Notes: generated from the letters alone by a model not told the origin. Numbered from the stretch's first letter, positions 55,996 through 64,000 are shown. The stretch is DNA of 64,000 bases from Burkholderiales bacterium (GCA_017307915.1 JAFKGG010000364.1:9980-73979); one strand, 5' to 3'. Numbers and translations are program-made.

Positions 55996-56979
55996 TCAAT
56001 TGCCGCCGGTCAGGTTCTTCTCCTTGACCAGTCGCCGCCACGACTTCGTTTCGGCAGCGATCACTTCCTGCAAGGCCGCCATGCTGGTGTCGGGAATCTC
56101 GGCGCCCCACCCCATCGCGGTCTCGATCACGGCCGGATCGGCGGCGATCGCCTGGATCTGCGTCGACAGGCTCTTCACCACGGCGGGATCCATGTTCTTC
56201 GGGCCGAACAGCGCGATCCATGCGCCCATCGACGGAATGCCGCCGATGCCGGCCTCTTTCAGCGTGGGCACCTTGGGCAGCGTCTTGCTGCGCGTGGTGG
56301 TGCTTACCGCCAGCGCGTCGAGCGTGCCGGCCTTGATCTGCGGCCATGCCGTGACCAGCGAGATGATCGCCACTTCCACGTCACCGCTGAGCAGCCCCTG
56401 CAATTGCCGTGACCCGGTGGCATACGGGATGTGCACCATGTCGATGTTGGCGTTGATGTTGATCAGCTCGCCGAGGAAGTGCATGCCGGTGCCGACGCCG
56501 GCCGACGCGAAATTCGTCTTGCCGGGCCGCGCGCGAGCGCTGGCCAGGAAGTCACTGATGCTCGCGTACTTGCCTGCCTTAGCGACGATCACGTAGGGCG
56601 TGGTCACCAGTTGCGCGATCGGCTGCAACTCTTTGTCCGGATCGACGTTCTTTTCGTCCATCACGGTGCGAATCGCGATCGACGAGCCGGTGCCCAGCAG
56701 CGTGTAGCCGTCTTTCGGCGCGGGCACCACCACCTTGGCAGCCACTTCGCCGCCGGCGCCGGGCCTGACCTCGACCACCATCGGCTGCTTGTAGCGCTCG
56801 GCGAGCCGGTCGGAATACAGGCGCACCGAGCTGGCAGGAAAGCCGTCGGCCCAGGGCATGATGATCTTCACCGGCTTGTCGGGGTAGCTCTGTGCCAGGG
56901 CAAGGCCGCCGGTTGCAGACAGAACGATGGCGGCAACGCCGGCCCTGGCCAGCGCCGAAGCGCGGTTGAGAATTTGCAT
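55996..56979 (-). CDS. Bug/TctC substrate-binding protein
   Basis: YPDKPVKIIMP, EVRPGAGG, PKDGYT, HIPY. Confidence 0.9.
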   Translation of the reverse strand: MQILNRASALARAGVAAIVLSATGGLALAQSYPDKPVKIIMPWADGFPASSVRLYSDRLAERYKQPMVVEVRPGAGGEVAAKVVVPAPKDGYTLLGTGSSIAIRTVMDEKNVDPDKELQPIAQLVTTPYVIVAKAGKYASISDFLASARARPGKTNFASAGVGTGMHFLGELININANIDMVHIPYATGSRQLQGLLSGDVEVAIISLVTAWPQIKAGTLDALAVSTTTRSKTLPKVPTLKEAGIGGIPSMGAWIALFGPKNMDPAVVKSLSTQIQAIAADPAVIETAMGWGAEIPDTSMAALQEVIAAETKSWRRLVKEKNLTGGN

Positions 56980-57093
56980 GGTCCGTTCCTTTGCCTTGAA
57001 GGATGACCGAGGCGCGGGTGGGCCGCGACCGGTGTGGGTGTCTCCGGAACTCCGGGTTTTTCGTTGACTCCCCCGAGCAGGGAGAATCCTTTA

Positions 57094-57131
57094 TGACCGC
57101 AGAGCGGTTATTGATGACCGTTCTGCGACTA
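57094..57131. promoter_or_regulatory. Tandem candidate operators upstream of the bug / rhodanese / monooxygenase operon
   Basis: TGACCGC-AGA-GCGGTTA (57094-57110) and TGACCGTTCTGCGACTA (57115-57131), 21-bp spacing. Confidence 0.5.
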
Positions 57132-57416
57132 TTATGGCGCGAATGGCGGCTCTGTCAAGACGCACGCGCGCAGGCCCGGCGCCCGTAGGAACGCAGAGCA
57201 ACTCAACAATGAGATTCAGGCGCAAGGCATTGCCCTGCCCGTCGGCGCGGGCCGAGGCACGAGGTGATCTCGACCGGCAAGATCGAGATCGAAACGTCGC
57301 GTGAAGAAACGCGGAGAAGCGCTAAGAAGATCGGGCAGCAGCCGACCGCCGCTCAGGTGTCGCGGCAGTCGTCGCCCTCGGGGTGATCGCGGCGAATGCG
57401 GCGGGCGCCGCTTCGC

Positions 57417-57710
57417 TCACACCCCTTCGATGATGCGGATCTCGCGCTCGACGGCGTCGGGCCCCAGGGCCGCCAGCGCCTCACGGTATGCCGGGCTGTC
57501 GTAGGCCGCCAGCGCTGCTTGCAGACTGTCGAACTCGACCAGCACGGTTCTCTGCATCACGCCGTGTTCCTTCACAGCGGCCGGCGAGCCGCGCGCGATG
57601 AAGCGGCCGCCGGCCGCGGCCAGGGCCGGGCCGGCCAGCTTTGCATAGGCGGCAAGCGCATCATCGTCCTTGACGACGCGGTAGACGCTCACCCAATAGG
57701 CTTTGGGCAT
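57417..57710 (-). CDS. DUF1330-family protein
   Basis: MPKAYW, GGRFIARG, VLVEFDSLQAALAAYDSPAY..AL, REIRIIEG. Confidence 0.88.
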   Translation of the reverse strand: MPKAYWVSVYRVVKDDDALAAYAKLAGPALAAAGGRFIARGSPAAVKEHGVMQRTVLVEFDSLQAALAAYDSPAYREALAALGPDAVEREIRIIEGV

Positions 57711-57757
57711 TGATGTTTTTCCATGGAAGTTGCGAACGGCGATCGCACGGCGACCGT

Positions 57758-57825
57758 TCAAGCGATTGTATTTGCCGGCCGGCCCAGCATGTCGATCTCC
57801 AGCTCGACGCGGTCGCCGGCCTGCG
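57758..57825 (-). pseudogene. Possible 3' remnant of a fumarylacetoacetate-hydrolase-family gene
   Basis: QAGDRVELEIDMLGRPANTIA* resembles the FAH-family terminus (LxPGDxVExEIxxxGxLxNxV); no upstream domain. Confidence 0.45.
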
Positions 57826-57844
57826 GGTGCCGCGCGTCAAACGG

Positions 57845-57860
57845 CGTAATCATCCGTAAT
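57845..57860 (+). promoter_or_regulatory. Direct repeat, OmpR/CpxR-type box upstream of the EF-hand gene
   Basis: CGTAAT-CATC-CGTAAT (GTAAT-N5-GTAAT). Confidence 0.45.
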
Positions 57861-58006
57861 GCATCGGCACGTTCATCGGTTCCGCTGCCATTGATCGCTC
57901 CATCTTCGCAAGGCAGACCGGGTGATTCTGCAGGCGGGGACATCCCGTCCCTGCCTGCCCGCCGGGCCGTTACGCCCCAAGGCAGGATCACCTCGATGAC
58001 GGAGCA

Positions 58007-58747
58007 ATGATCATGAGTTCGATCGGTTCGATCGGCATGCGCGACCCGACTGCGATGCAGGCGATGCGCTCGCGGATCTTCAAGACCGCCGACCAGGACA
58101 GCAGCGGCGGGCTGAACCTGGAAGAGTTCCAGGCGCTAGCCTCCAAGAGTCCGACCGGTGGCCTGCCGGGCGGCGCCTCGGTGGATGACAGCTTCAAGTC
58201 GTTCGATGCCGACGGCGACGGCAGCCTCTCGCAGGACGAGCTCGACACCGGCATGAAGTCGCTGTTCGAGGCTTCGTTCCCCAATACGGTGTCGTTCGCC
58301 AAAGGCAGCCAGACTGCCAATCTCTCGGTCGAGGAGCTGCTGAGCGCGCTCGATGGCGACGGCGACGGCTCGCTGTCGAAGGACGAGCTGCAATCCGCGC
58401 TCGACTCGGTCGGCAGCAACAGCACGCTGTCGTTCGCGCGTCGTTCATGCGGCGGCGACGGGTCGTTCGGGATGGAAGGGATGCAGGGCGGGGGCGGCAT
58501 GCGAGGCATGCGTCCCGACGGGCCGCCACCCGGGCCTCCGCCTGGCGGCATGCGCGGAGCGTCCGACGGCCAGACGTCGGCGAGCAGCAGCACCTCGACC
58601 ACGGCCAGCAGCAGCGCATCCTCGGATGATTCGTCCACCAGCAGCACGGCGACCGACACCGAGTCGGTACGCTCGCGTTCGCTGGCCGCACTGCTGCAGG
58701 CGTTGACCTCCTATCGACAATCCGCGAGCGCCACGGCAACAGCGTGA
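58007..58747 (+). CDS. EF-hand calcium-binding protein with Gly/Pro- and Ser/Thr-rich tail
   Basis: Three 12-residue loops: DQDSSGGLNLEE, DADGDGSLSQDE, DGDGDGSLSKDE; no hydrophobic signal peptide. Confidence 0.88.
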   Translation: MIMSSIGSIGMRDPTAMQAMRSRIFKTADQDSSGGLNLEEFQALASKSPTGGLPGGASVDDSFKSFDADGDGSLSQDELDTGMKSLFEASFPNTVSFAKGSQTANLSVEELLSALDGDGDGSLSKDELQSALDSVGSNSTLSFARRSCGGDGSFGMEGMQGGGGMRGMRPDGPPPGPPPGGMRGASDGQTSASSSTSTTASSSASSDDSSTSSTATDTESVRSRSLAALLQALTSYRQSASATATA

Positions 58748-58790
58748 GCGAGCCGACCGGCGGCAGTTCCCGCAGGTCTGCGCAGCCGGG

Positions 58791-60203
58791 TCAGGCCGAT
58801 AGCGGCAGGCTGACGCCGATGCCGAACCGGCCGCCCGGCTCGCGGCGGTCGATCACCCGCCCGCCATGGCGCTCGGCGATCTGCGTCACGATCGCCAGTC
58901 CCAGCCCGGTATGTCCCAGCGCCGGGTCGGATCTGCCCAGTTTCACGAACGGTGACGCCGCCGCCTCGAAATCGCTTTCGGGGATGCCTTTACCGTGGTC
59001 ATAGACGATCAACTCCAGCCGCTCGCCGGCTTGCGACAGCTCGACCTCGACCGGCGGCTGTCCGTGGTCCAGCGCATTGTCGATCAGGTTCGACAATATC
59101 CGGCGCAGCGCCAGCTCGGGAAACGGCCGATCGATGCCCGACAGCCCGGCTACCGCCACCGGCTGGCCGACCTCGCGATACTCGTCGACCACCGACGCCA
59201 CCATCGCCATCAGCGACTCCTCGACGCCGTCGTCGACCGCGGCGAGTTCGCCCTGCGTGTAGGCCAGGAACTGGCTGATCATGCGTTCGAACGCCTGGAA
59301 ATCCGGTTCCGCGCGCTCGAGCACGCCTTCCGGGCATTCGAGTTCCACGCGCAACCGCAACCGCGCCAGCGGCGTGCGCAGATCGTGCGACAGGCCGGCG
59401 AGCATGTTGCGCTGGTTGGCCTGGGCCGCCTGCAAGGCGCGAACGAGCTGATTGAACGCACGCACCACGTCGCGCACTTCGCGGCCGGCGCCCTCGGGAT
59501 CGACGATCGGCTCCAGCCGCTTGCGGCGCTCGAGCATCGCCGCCGACAGATTCGATAGCGGCCGCGCGATCGAGCGCACGCCCAGCACGATCGCCAAAGC
59601 CGCCGCGATCGCGACGAAGCCGAAAGCGCCCACCAGCGGCCAGGTGATTTCGCGTTGCGGCGGCGCCGGCAGCGGAAAGTCGAGCTGCCACCATTCGCCT
59701 TGCGCATCGAGCGCCAGGCTCATCATGTGCCGCCCCGGCTCGCGTTCGGCGCCCCGGTTCTGCATCGCATCGCCGACCAGGCGCACGCCATTGCCCAGGC
59801 GCGACATGACGTCGGCGGCCATCGGATCGAACGGCGGCGGCTCGCGCCCGCCGGGCAGCGGCAAACCGAAGGGCAGGAGCGGCCTCGGCGGCGGCGCATT
59901 CAACGTGCCGGGCGGCGGCAAGCGCATCGGCCCCAGCGCCGCCGGTTCGCCTTCGAAGCGCTTCAACGGCAGGCCCTCGGCGGTCAACAACTCGGCCAGT
60001 TCGCCGCGTTGCGCGGACGGCGTCGTGTTCAACACCCGGCGCACCAGGTCGACCTCGAGCGCGATCATGCGGGCGAAGCGATTTTCCTTGGGCCTGATCG
60101 CCGTGGCGATCATCACGCCGTGCATCAGCAGCGACAACAGGCTGACGCCCAGAACCAGCAGCGTGATGCGACCGACGATCGTGTACGAACGGCGCCGGCT
60201 CAT
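58791..60203 (-). CDS. EnvZ-like sensor histidine kinase
   Basis: 2 TM segments + HAMP, SHDLRTP, NLIDNA, DHGKGI, GLGL. Confidence 0.93.
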   Translation of the reverse strand: MSRRRSYTIVGRITLLVLGVSLLSLLMHGVMIATAIRPKENRFARMIALEVDLVRRVLNTTPSAQRGELAELLTAEGLPLKRFEGEPAALGPMRLPPPGTLNAPPPRPLLPFGLPLPGGREPPPFDPMAADVMSRLGNGVRLVGDAMQNRGAEREPGRHMMSLALDAQGEWWQLDFPLPAPPQREITWPLVGAFGFVAIAAALAIVLGVRSIARPLSNLSAAMLERRKRLEPIVDPEGAGREVRDVVRAFNQLVRALQAAQANQRNMLAGLSHDLRTPLARLRLRVELECPEGVLERAEPDFQAFERMISQFLAYTQGELAAVDDGVEESLMAMVASVVDEYREVGQPVAVAGLSGIDRPFPELALRRILSNLIDNALDHGQPPVEVELSQAGERLELIVYDHGKGIPESDFEAAASPFVKLGRSDPALGHTGLGLAIVTQIAERHGGRVIDRREPGGRFGIGVSLPLSA

Positions 60204-60937
60204 GCCGCGCGCCCTTGGCCGGCGCCAAAGGGCACGAACATGTATCCGTGGCCACGCACGGTCTGGATGTAGCGCGGTTCGGCCGGATCGGGCTCGATCA
60301 CCTTGCGCAGCCGCATGATCGCGGCATCGATCGCGCGCAGCAGCACCGTGTCTTGCCGCTTGTGCGAGGCCGCCAGCAAGCGTTCGCGCGAGATCGCCAC
60401 GCCGGGGTTGGCGGTCAGCTCGGCCAGCAGCGCGTATTCGACGGTCCTCAGCATCCGCACCTCGTCGCCCTGGCGCAGGCAGCGGCCGTTCGGGTCGAAC
60501 AGGTATTCGCCGAGCCTGACGCTTTCGGCACGATCCGCCGAGGGTGCACCGGGCACGAAAGCGGTCCGGCGCAGTACCGCATTGACGCGCGCCAGCAATT
60601 CGCGCGCCGAGAACGGTTTGCCCAGGTAGTCATCGGCGCCCATCTCCAGGCCCAGCACGCGATCGATCTCTTCGCTGCGCGCCGTCAGCAGCACGATGGG
60701 AATGCGATCGCCGTCGGCACGCAGCTTCTGGCAAGCCTGCAAGCCACTGATGCCGGGAAGCCCGACGTCCAGCACGATCAGGTCGGGGCGCAGCCGGTCG
60801 ATCCGGTGCAGCATGTCTTCGGCGCTGCGCATCGTCGTGACCGCGAAGCCGTGTTTCTCGAAATAGCTGGCGAGCATGTCGCGCAGTGCCGGGTCGTCTT
60901 CGACCACGTACAGGTGGTGGCGTATCGGCTCGTTCAT
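60200..60937 (-). CDS. OmpR-family response regulator
   Basis: VVEDD, LDVGLPG, GADDYLGKPF, winged helix IQTVRGHGY. Confidence 0.94.
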   Translation of the reverse strand: MNEPIRHHLYVVEDDPALRDMLASYFEKHGFAVTTMRSAEDMLHRIDRLRPDLIVLDVGLPGISGLQACQKLRADGDRIPIVLLTARSEEIDRVLGLEMGADDYLGKPFSARELLARVNAVLRRTAFVPGAPSADRAESVRLGEYLFDPNGRCLRQGDEVRMLRTVEYALLAELTANPGVAISRERLLAASHKRQDTVLLRAIDAAIMRLRKVIEPDPAEPRYIQTVRGHGYMFVPFGAGQGRAA

Positions 60938-61068
60938 CAGGCCGGCTGTTCCTCTGGCTGCCGCTGGCATGTGCACATCAGCGTGACATGCGATGACGCA
61001 ATGATCACGACACGGCATCGCGACAGGCCGCCGGATCAGTGACGGCATATTCGGGCGGGTCGCGATTC

Positions 61069-61086
61069 GTCACATTGCATCACATT
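61069..61086 (-). promoter_or_regulatory. Direct repeat upstream of the response regulator (possible autoregulation)
   Basis: CACATT-GCAT-CACATT; on the minus strand GTGAT-N5-GTGAC. Confidence 0.45.
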
Positions 61087-61159
61087 CGCTCGACGAACCA
61101 CCACGCCGAGGAAGTGCGGGCCGCCGGCGGACCCTCTGTGCGGCTTCCCGGAAAGACGG

Positions 61160-61978
61160 CTAGAGCTTGGGCGCCTTGCCCTGACCTTGACGATTCCGAA
61201 CCGCCTCGGCTTTCAGTTGCTCCACCCATTGCGCCGACTTGCGGCTGGCGGCAATCATGCCGCCTTGATCCACCAGCCAGGCTTCAAAACTGCGAACCGG
61301 TTCGCTTCCCCATTCATAGCGCAAGACGGTGCCGCACTTTGAAACGTCCGGGGAAGCCCCCAGGGCTTCGCGCAGCACGCCCTGACGGGCGTATTGCTCG
61401 AGAATCCTGACCGCGTTAGGCACGACAAGGGTTCCCATGGCATTGGGCGAAGGCACCCTCTGGCCACTGCGTTCTTTCGTCACGGTGCACTGCGCCTTGC
61501 CCTCCTCGTCCCAATGCACGGTGGCGCCGCCTCCCGGCCGTGGAATGGAACGGACATTGAATGGACCGTGCTTGGCGGTCAGCGCGGATAGCATCTGGTC
61601 ACTACTCGGCGGCTGCGCCGGGCCGCCTCGGCGAACGACGGCAAACACTCGCGGCTCGGAGGGGGGACTGGTGAACCACACGCCAACCCCCTCGTCCACC
61701 ATGCGAAAGCCCAGGTGATCCAGGAATTCCGGTGTTTGCAGCGAGTTGACGCCGTCGAAGTACGGAAAGCTGGCAATGGACCGCTTGGTAATCTTGGCGC
61801 TCGCATCGAACGCCTGGATGGCCTTGACGACCTCGGCCTCGGTCATGCCGATTCGCACGCCGGCAATGCTCATCCTGGCCAGAGGAGTGGTGGCATTCTG
61901 CGCCGAGGCGGGTGTCACCCAAGCGAGCGCTGCGGCCAGAAAGACGGTACGGCCAAGCACGGTTCTTTTCATGCGCAT
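61160..61978 (-). CDS. Secreted hypothetical protein
   Basis: Signal peptide ending ASA|Q, two Cys, C-terminal APKL; family not recognised. Confidence 0.8.
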   Translation of the reverse strand: MRMKRTVLGRTVFLAAALAWVTPASAQNATTPLARMSIAGVRIGMTEAEVVKAIQAFDASAKITKRSIASFPYFDGVNSLQTPEFLDHLGFRMVDEGVGVWFTSPPSEPRVFAVVRRGGPAQPPSSDQMLSALTAKHGPFNVRSIPRPGGGATVHWDEEGKAQCTVTKERSGQRVPSPNAMGTLVVPNAVRILEQYARQGVLREALGASPDVSKCGTVLRYEWGSEPVRSFEAWLVDQGGMIAASRKSAQWVEQLKAEAVRNRQGQGKAPKL

Positions 61979-62042
61979 CCTGTTGGTTATTGGTCGGAAA
62001 CCTCTTTCTCGATGGTAAAGAGCGCATGACGAAGAATTCGTC

Positions 62043-62054
62043 CCCTAAATAGGG
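62043..62054. promoter_or_regulatory. Palindrome in the divergent spacer, candidate operator of the adjacent LuxR-type regulator
   Basis: CCCTA-AA-TAGGG within TCCCCTAAATAGGGTA (62041-62056). Confidence 0.45.
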
Positions 62055-62066
62055 TAGAAATCAGGC

Positions 62067-63209
62067 ATGGAATCATCCGAAGTCCAGGAATCCCGCCTCT
62101 CAGGGCTCATCGCGCATCTCTACGATGCAGCGATGGATGGTGCGTTGTGGCCCGGAACCGCGACGCGCATCGCGCAGGCCTTCGGTTCGACCAGCTCCGT
62201 GGTCAAACTGCACGGCGACCGCGGACGGGTGAACCTGCTGGAATGCACCGGCAACCTGGTGATATCCGGACGGGACCAGGCATGGGCCGACGATTGGCAC
62301 CGCCGCGACTTGTGGGTGGAGCGCTCCGTCGCTTACGGCATGTCGCGCATCATCACCGACGAGGATCTGGTGACGCGCGACGAACAAGCGCACAGCGGCT
62401 TCTATCAGGAGTGGCTGCGTCACCTCGATATCCACCACATGCTGGGGGCCGTGTTTACCGCGGCGGACGGCGCGGTCGGCGTGCTCGGCATCCATCGTCC
62501 GCGTGACGCCGGGCCCTATGCCAAGCAGGAGCGCCGGCGGGCCGCGCTGGTTTTGCCGCACTTGCAGCGCGCGCTTCGGCTCGGTCAGCGCTTCACGGCG
62601 ATCGCCCAGCAGCATGCGGCCGCATTGCAGGCGCTCGACCGGTTCGATACCGGTGTCCTGGTGGTGGATGGTGCCTGCCGCATTCTCCATGCGAGTGCGA
62701 TGGGCGAGGCCCTGCTGCGTGGCAACGCGCAGCTTGTCGTCATCGGCGGGCGTCTGTCGCTTCACCCGCCCGCGCTCCGTGACAGGCTATCGTCGCTGGT
62801 GCGCGCCGCGATGAACAGCGCGAGCGGCAGGCTGGCAAAGCCCGGGTCGGCACTCCTGGTCCCACGGCGTCACCGGATGCCGTTGACGCTGGAGCTTGCC
62901 CCCTTGCGACCCGCCGTCTCCGCCTTCGGAGAGGAACGGCCCGCCGTGCTGGTGTTCATCCGCGATCCCGAAGCACCGATTGCGGTGGCACAGCTACGCG
63001 AACTGTTTGGTTTCACGCGCACGGAAGCCGCCGTGGCCGCAGCCCTGGGGCAGGGACAGTCGCTCGAGGACATCGCGACAGACATGGGCATCAGCCTTGC
63101 GACGGTGCGCACCCACCTCAAGCGCATCCTTGCCAAGACCGGCACACATCGGCAAGCGCAAGCCGTGGCCTTGCTGGCTCGCAGCGTGGCCACGGGGATC
63201 GCTCACTGA
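62067..63209 (+). CDS. LuxR-type HTH regulator with N-terminal GAF/PAS-like sensory region
   Basis: LYDAAMD...W, LPHLQRAL, PAS-like GVLVVDG...HAS, FGFTRTEA...ATVRTHLKRILAKTGTHRQ. Confidence 0.88.
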   Translation: MESSEVQESRLSGLIAHLYDAAMDGALWPGTATRIAQAFGSTSSVVKLHGDRGRVNLLECTGNLVISGRDQAWADDWHRRDLWVERSVAYGMSRIITDEDLVTRDEQAHSGFYQEWLRHLDIHHMLGAVFTAADGAVGVLGIHRPRDAGPYAKQERRRAALVLPHLQRALRLGQRFTAIAQQHAAALQALDRFDTGVLVVDGACRILHASAMGEALLRGNAQLVVIGGRLSLHPPALRDRLSSLVRAAMNSASGRLAKPGSALLVPRRHRMPLTLELAPLRPAVSAFGEERPAVLVFIRDPEAPIAVAQLRELFGFTRTEAAVAAALGQGQSLEDIATDMGISLATVRTHLKRILAKTGTHRQAQAVALLARSVATGIAH

Positions 63210-63279
63210 TGAACACGTGTACTCGCCGAAGTCTTCCCGCCCGGCGAGCGCCTGCGAGAGGCACTCGAAGCGCGGCCTT

Positions 63280-63999
63280 TCAGACATGCAACGCACGGCC
63301 ATCGGCCGCCAGTGCTGCTTCGTGCAGCATCTCCGACAACGTAGGATGGGGCAAGACGCTGTTTTGCAGCTCCTGCAACGTAGCTTCGGCCTGCATGCCG
63401 ATCACGAAACCATGGATCAGCTCGGTGACGCCGTTACCGATCAGATGCGCTCCGAGCAGTTCGCCGCTGTCGGCGTCGAATAGCAGCTTGACGAGCCCCT
63501 GCTCCGTTCCTTGCGCCAGGGCCTTGCCGTTCGCCGCAAAGGGATAGCGCCCGATCCTGACGTTCCGGCCCAGCGCGCGGGCACGCTGTTCGTTGAGCCC
63601 TACGCTGGCGACCTGCGGCGTCGCATAGATGCAGCCCGGAATGCGCGCCCGATCCAGCGGATGCAGCCCCGGCAGCCCGGACAAGTGTTCAGCCACCAGT
63701 ACCCCTTCGTGGCTGGCTTTGTGCGCCAGCCAGGGTGCCGCCGCAACATCGCCGATGGCGTATACGCCAGGCTCATCCGTGCGGCACCATTCGTCGACCG
63801 CGATGTGCCCCTGCTCGACGCGCACCTGCGTGCCCGCCAAACCCAGATCCTCCACGTTGCCGACCACGCCCATCGCAGCGATGGCCGCCTCCGCTTCCAG
63901 CACGGGGGCACCAGCCGGCCCGTCCAGCGCCACCTGTATGCCCTGGGCTGCATACTGCACGGCACGGGCACGGTGCCCGGTCAGCACGCGGATGCCGCG
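63280..63999 (-). CDS. lpdA: Dihydrolipoyl dehydrogenase, C-terminal part (5' end outside window)
   Basis: VYAIGDV, LAHKASHEG, PGCIYATPQVASVG, HPTLSE. Confidence 0.92.
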   Translation of the reverse strand, partial: RGIRVLTGHRARAVQYAAQGIQVALDGPAGAPVLEAEAAIAAMGVVGNVEDLGLAGTQVRVEQGHIAVDEWCRTDEPGVYAIGDVAAAPWLAHKASHEGVLVAEHLSGLPGLHPLDRARIPGCIYATPQVASVGLNEQRARALGRNVRIGRYPFAANGKALAQGTEQGLVKLLFDADSGELLGAHLIGNGVTELIHGFVIGMQAEATLQELQNSVLPHPTLSEMLHEAALAADGRALHV

Positions 64000-64000
64000 C

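Noticed and set aside
57185-57240. Second glycine riboswitch (TCAGGCGCAAGG)
   Set aside because: No upstream GAAG/CUCUC pairing or P1, and no gene downstream in that orientation.
27000-57400. Formal genomic island or transposon call
   Set aside because: No integrase, transposase, tRNA or flanking direct repeats seen; only indirect edge scars.
58007-58747. Type III secretion effector call for the EF-hand protein
   Set aside because: No T3SS genes or supporting promoter box in the window; linkage to the two-component pair explains it better.
1-64000. Many long antisense or alternate-frame ORFs (e.g. 917..2377 -, 10314..12038 +, 15010..16662 +, 16595..18568 +, 53746..55314 +)
   Set aside because: Arg/Ala/Pro-rich shadows of real genes, expected at this GC content; no motifs.

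Overview
High-GC betaproteobacterial (Burkholderiales-like) chromosomal window, almost entirely transport and catabolic genes. I found no rRNA, tRNA, CRISPR array, integrase or transposase. Blocks in order: (1) 1-4.4 kb, NitT/TauT ABC tail, TRAP dctQM and a 2-hydroxyacid dehydrogenase; (2) 4.4-7.9 kb, IclR / class III CoA-transferase / Gln-type thiol dioxygenase / crotonase operon; (3) 8-12 kb, IPTL-CTERM P-domain surface protein, BenE and a TPP enzyme; (4) 12.1-23.5 kb, urtABCDE-fmdAB amide/urea uptake and formamidase, divergent from a permease-fused Cys-rich hybrid kinase and a LuxR-type response regulator, with a perfect 16-bp palindrome between them; (5) 23.5-27 kb, CoA-transferase, NnrU and dadA behind a probable variant singleton glycine riboswitch; (6) 27-57 kb, a catabolic region with three sub-operons of unknown substrate, plus panD: (a) LysR-divergent CoA-transferase / Bug / CapA-like metallohydrolase / three coupled degenerate crotonases / CoA-transferase / DAD-type cupin / Bug / NtaA-type monooxygenase / flavin reductase; (b) frameshifted LysR, Bug, two phthalate-type Rieske oxygenases without a reductase, two SDRs, a TIM-barrel isomerase and an esterase; (c) Bug / rhodanese / FAD monooxygenase / MaoC pair / CoA-transferase under an IclR; (7) 57.4-64 kb, DUF1330, a FAH-family relic, an EF-hand protein with an OmpR/EnvZ-type pair, a secreted hypothetical with a LuxR-type regulator, and the 3' part of lpdA. 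The best candidates for undescribed biology are operon 6a (possible heteromeric crotonase plus repurposed CapA) and the permease-kinase transceptor controlling urt/fmd. All family calls rest on motif recognition by eye; no database search was run.
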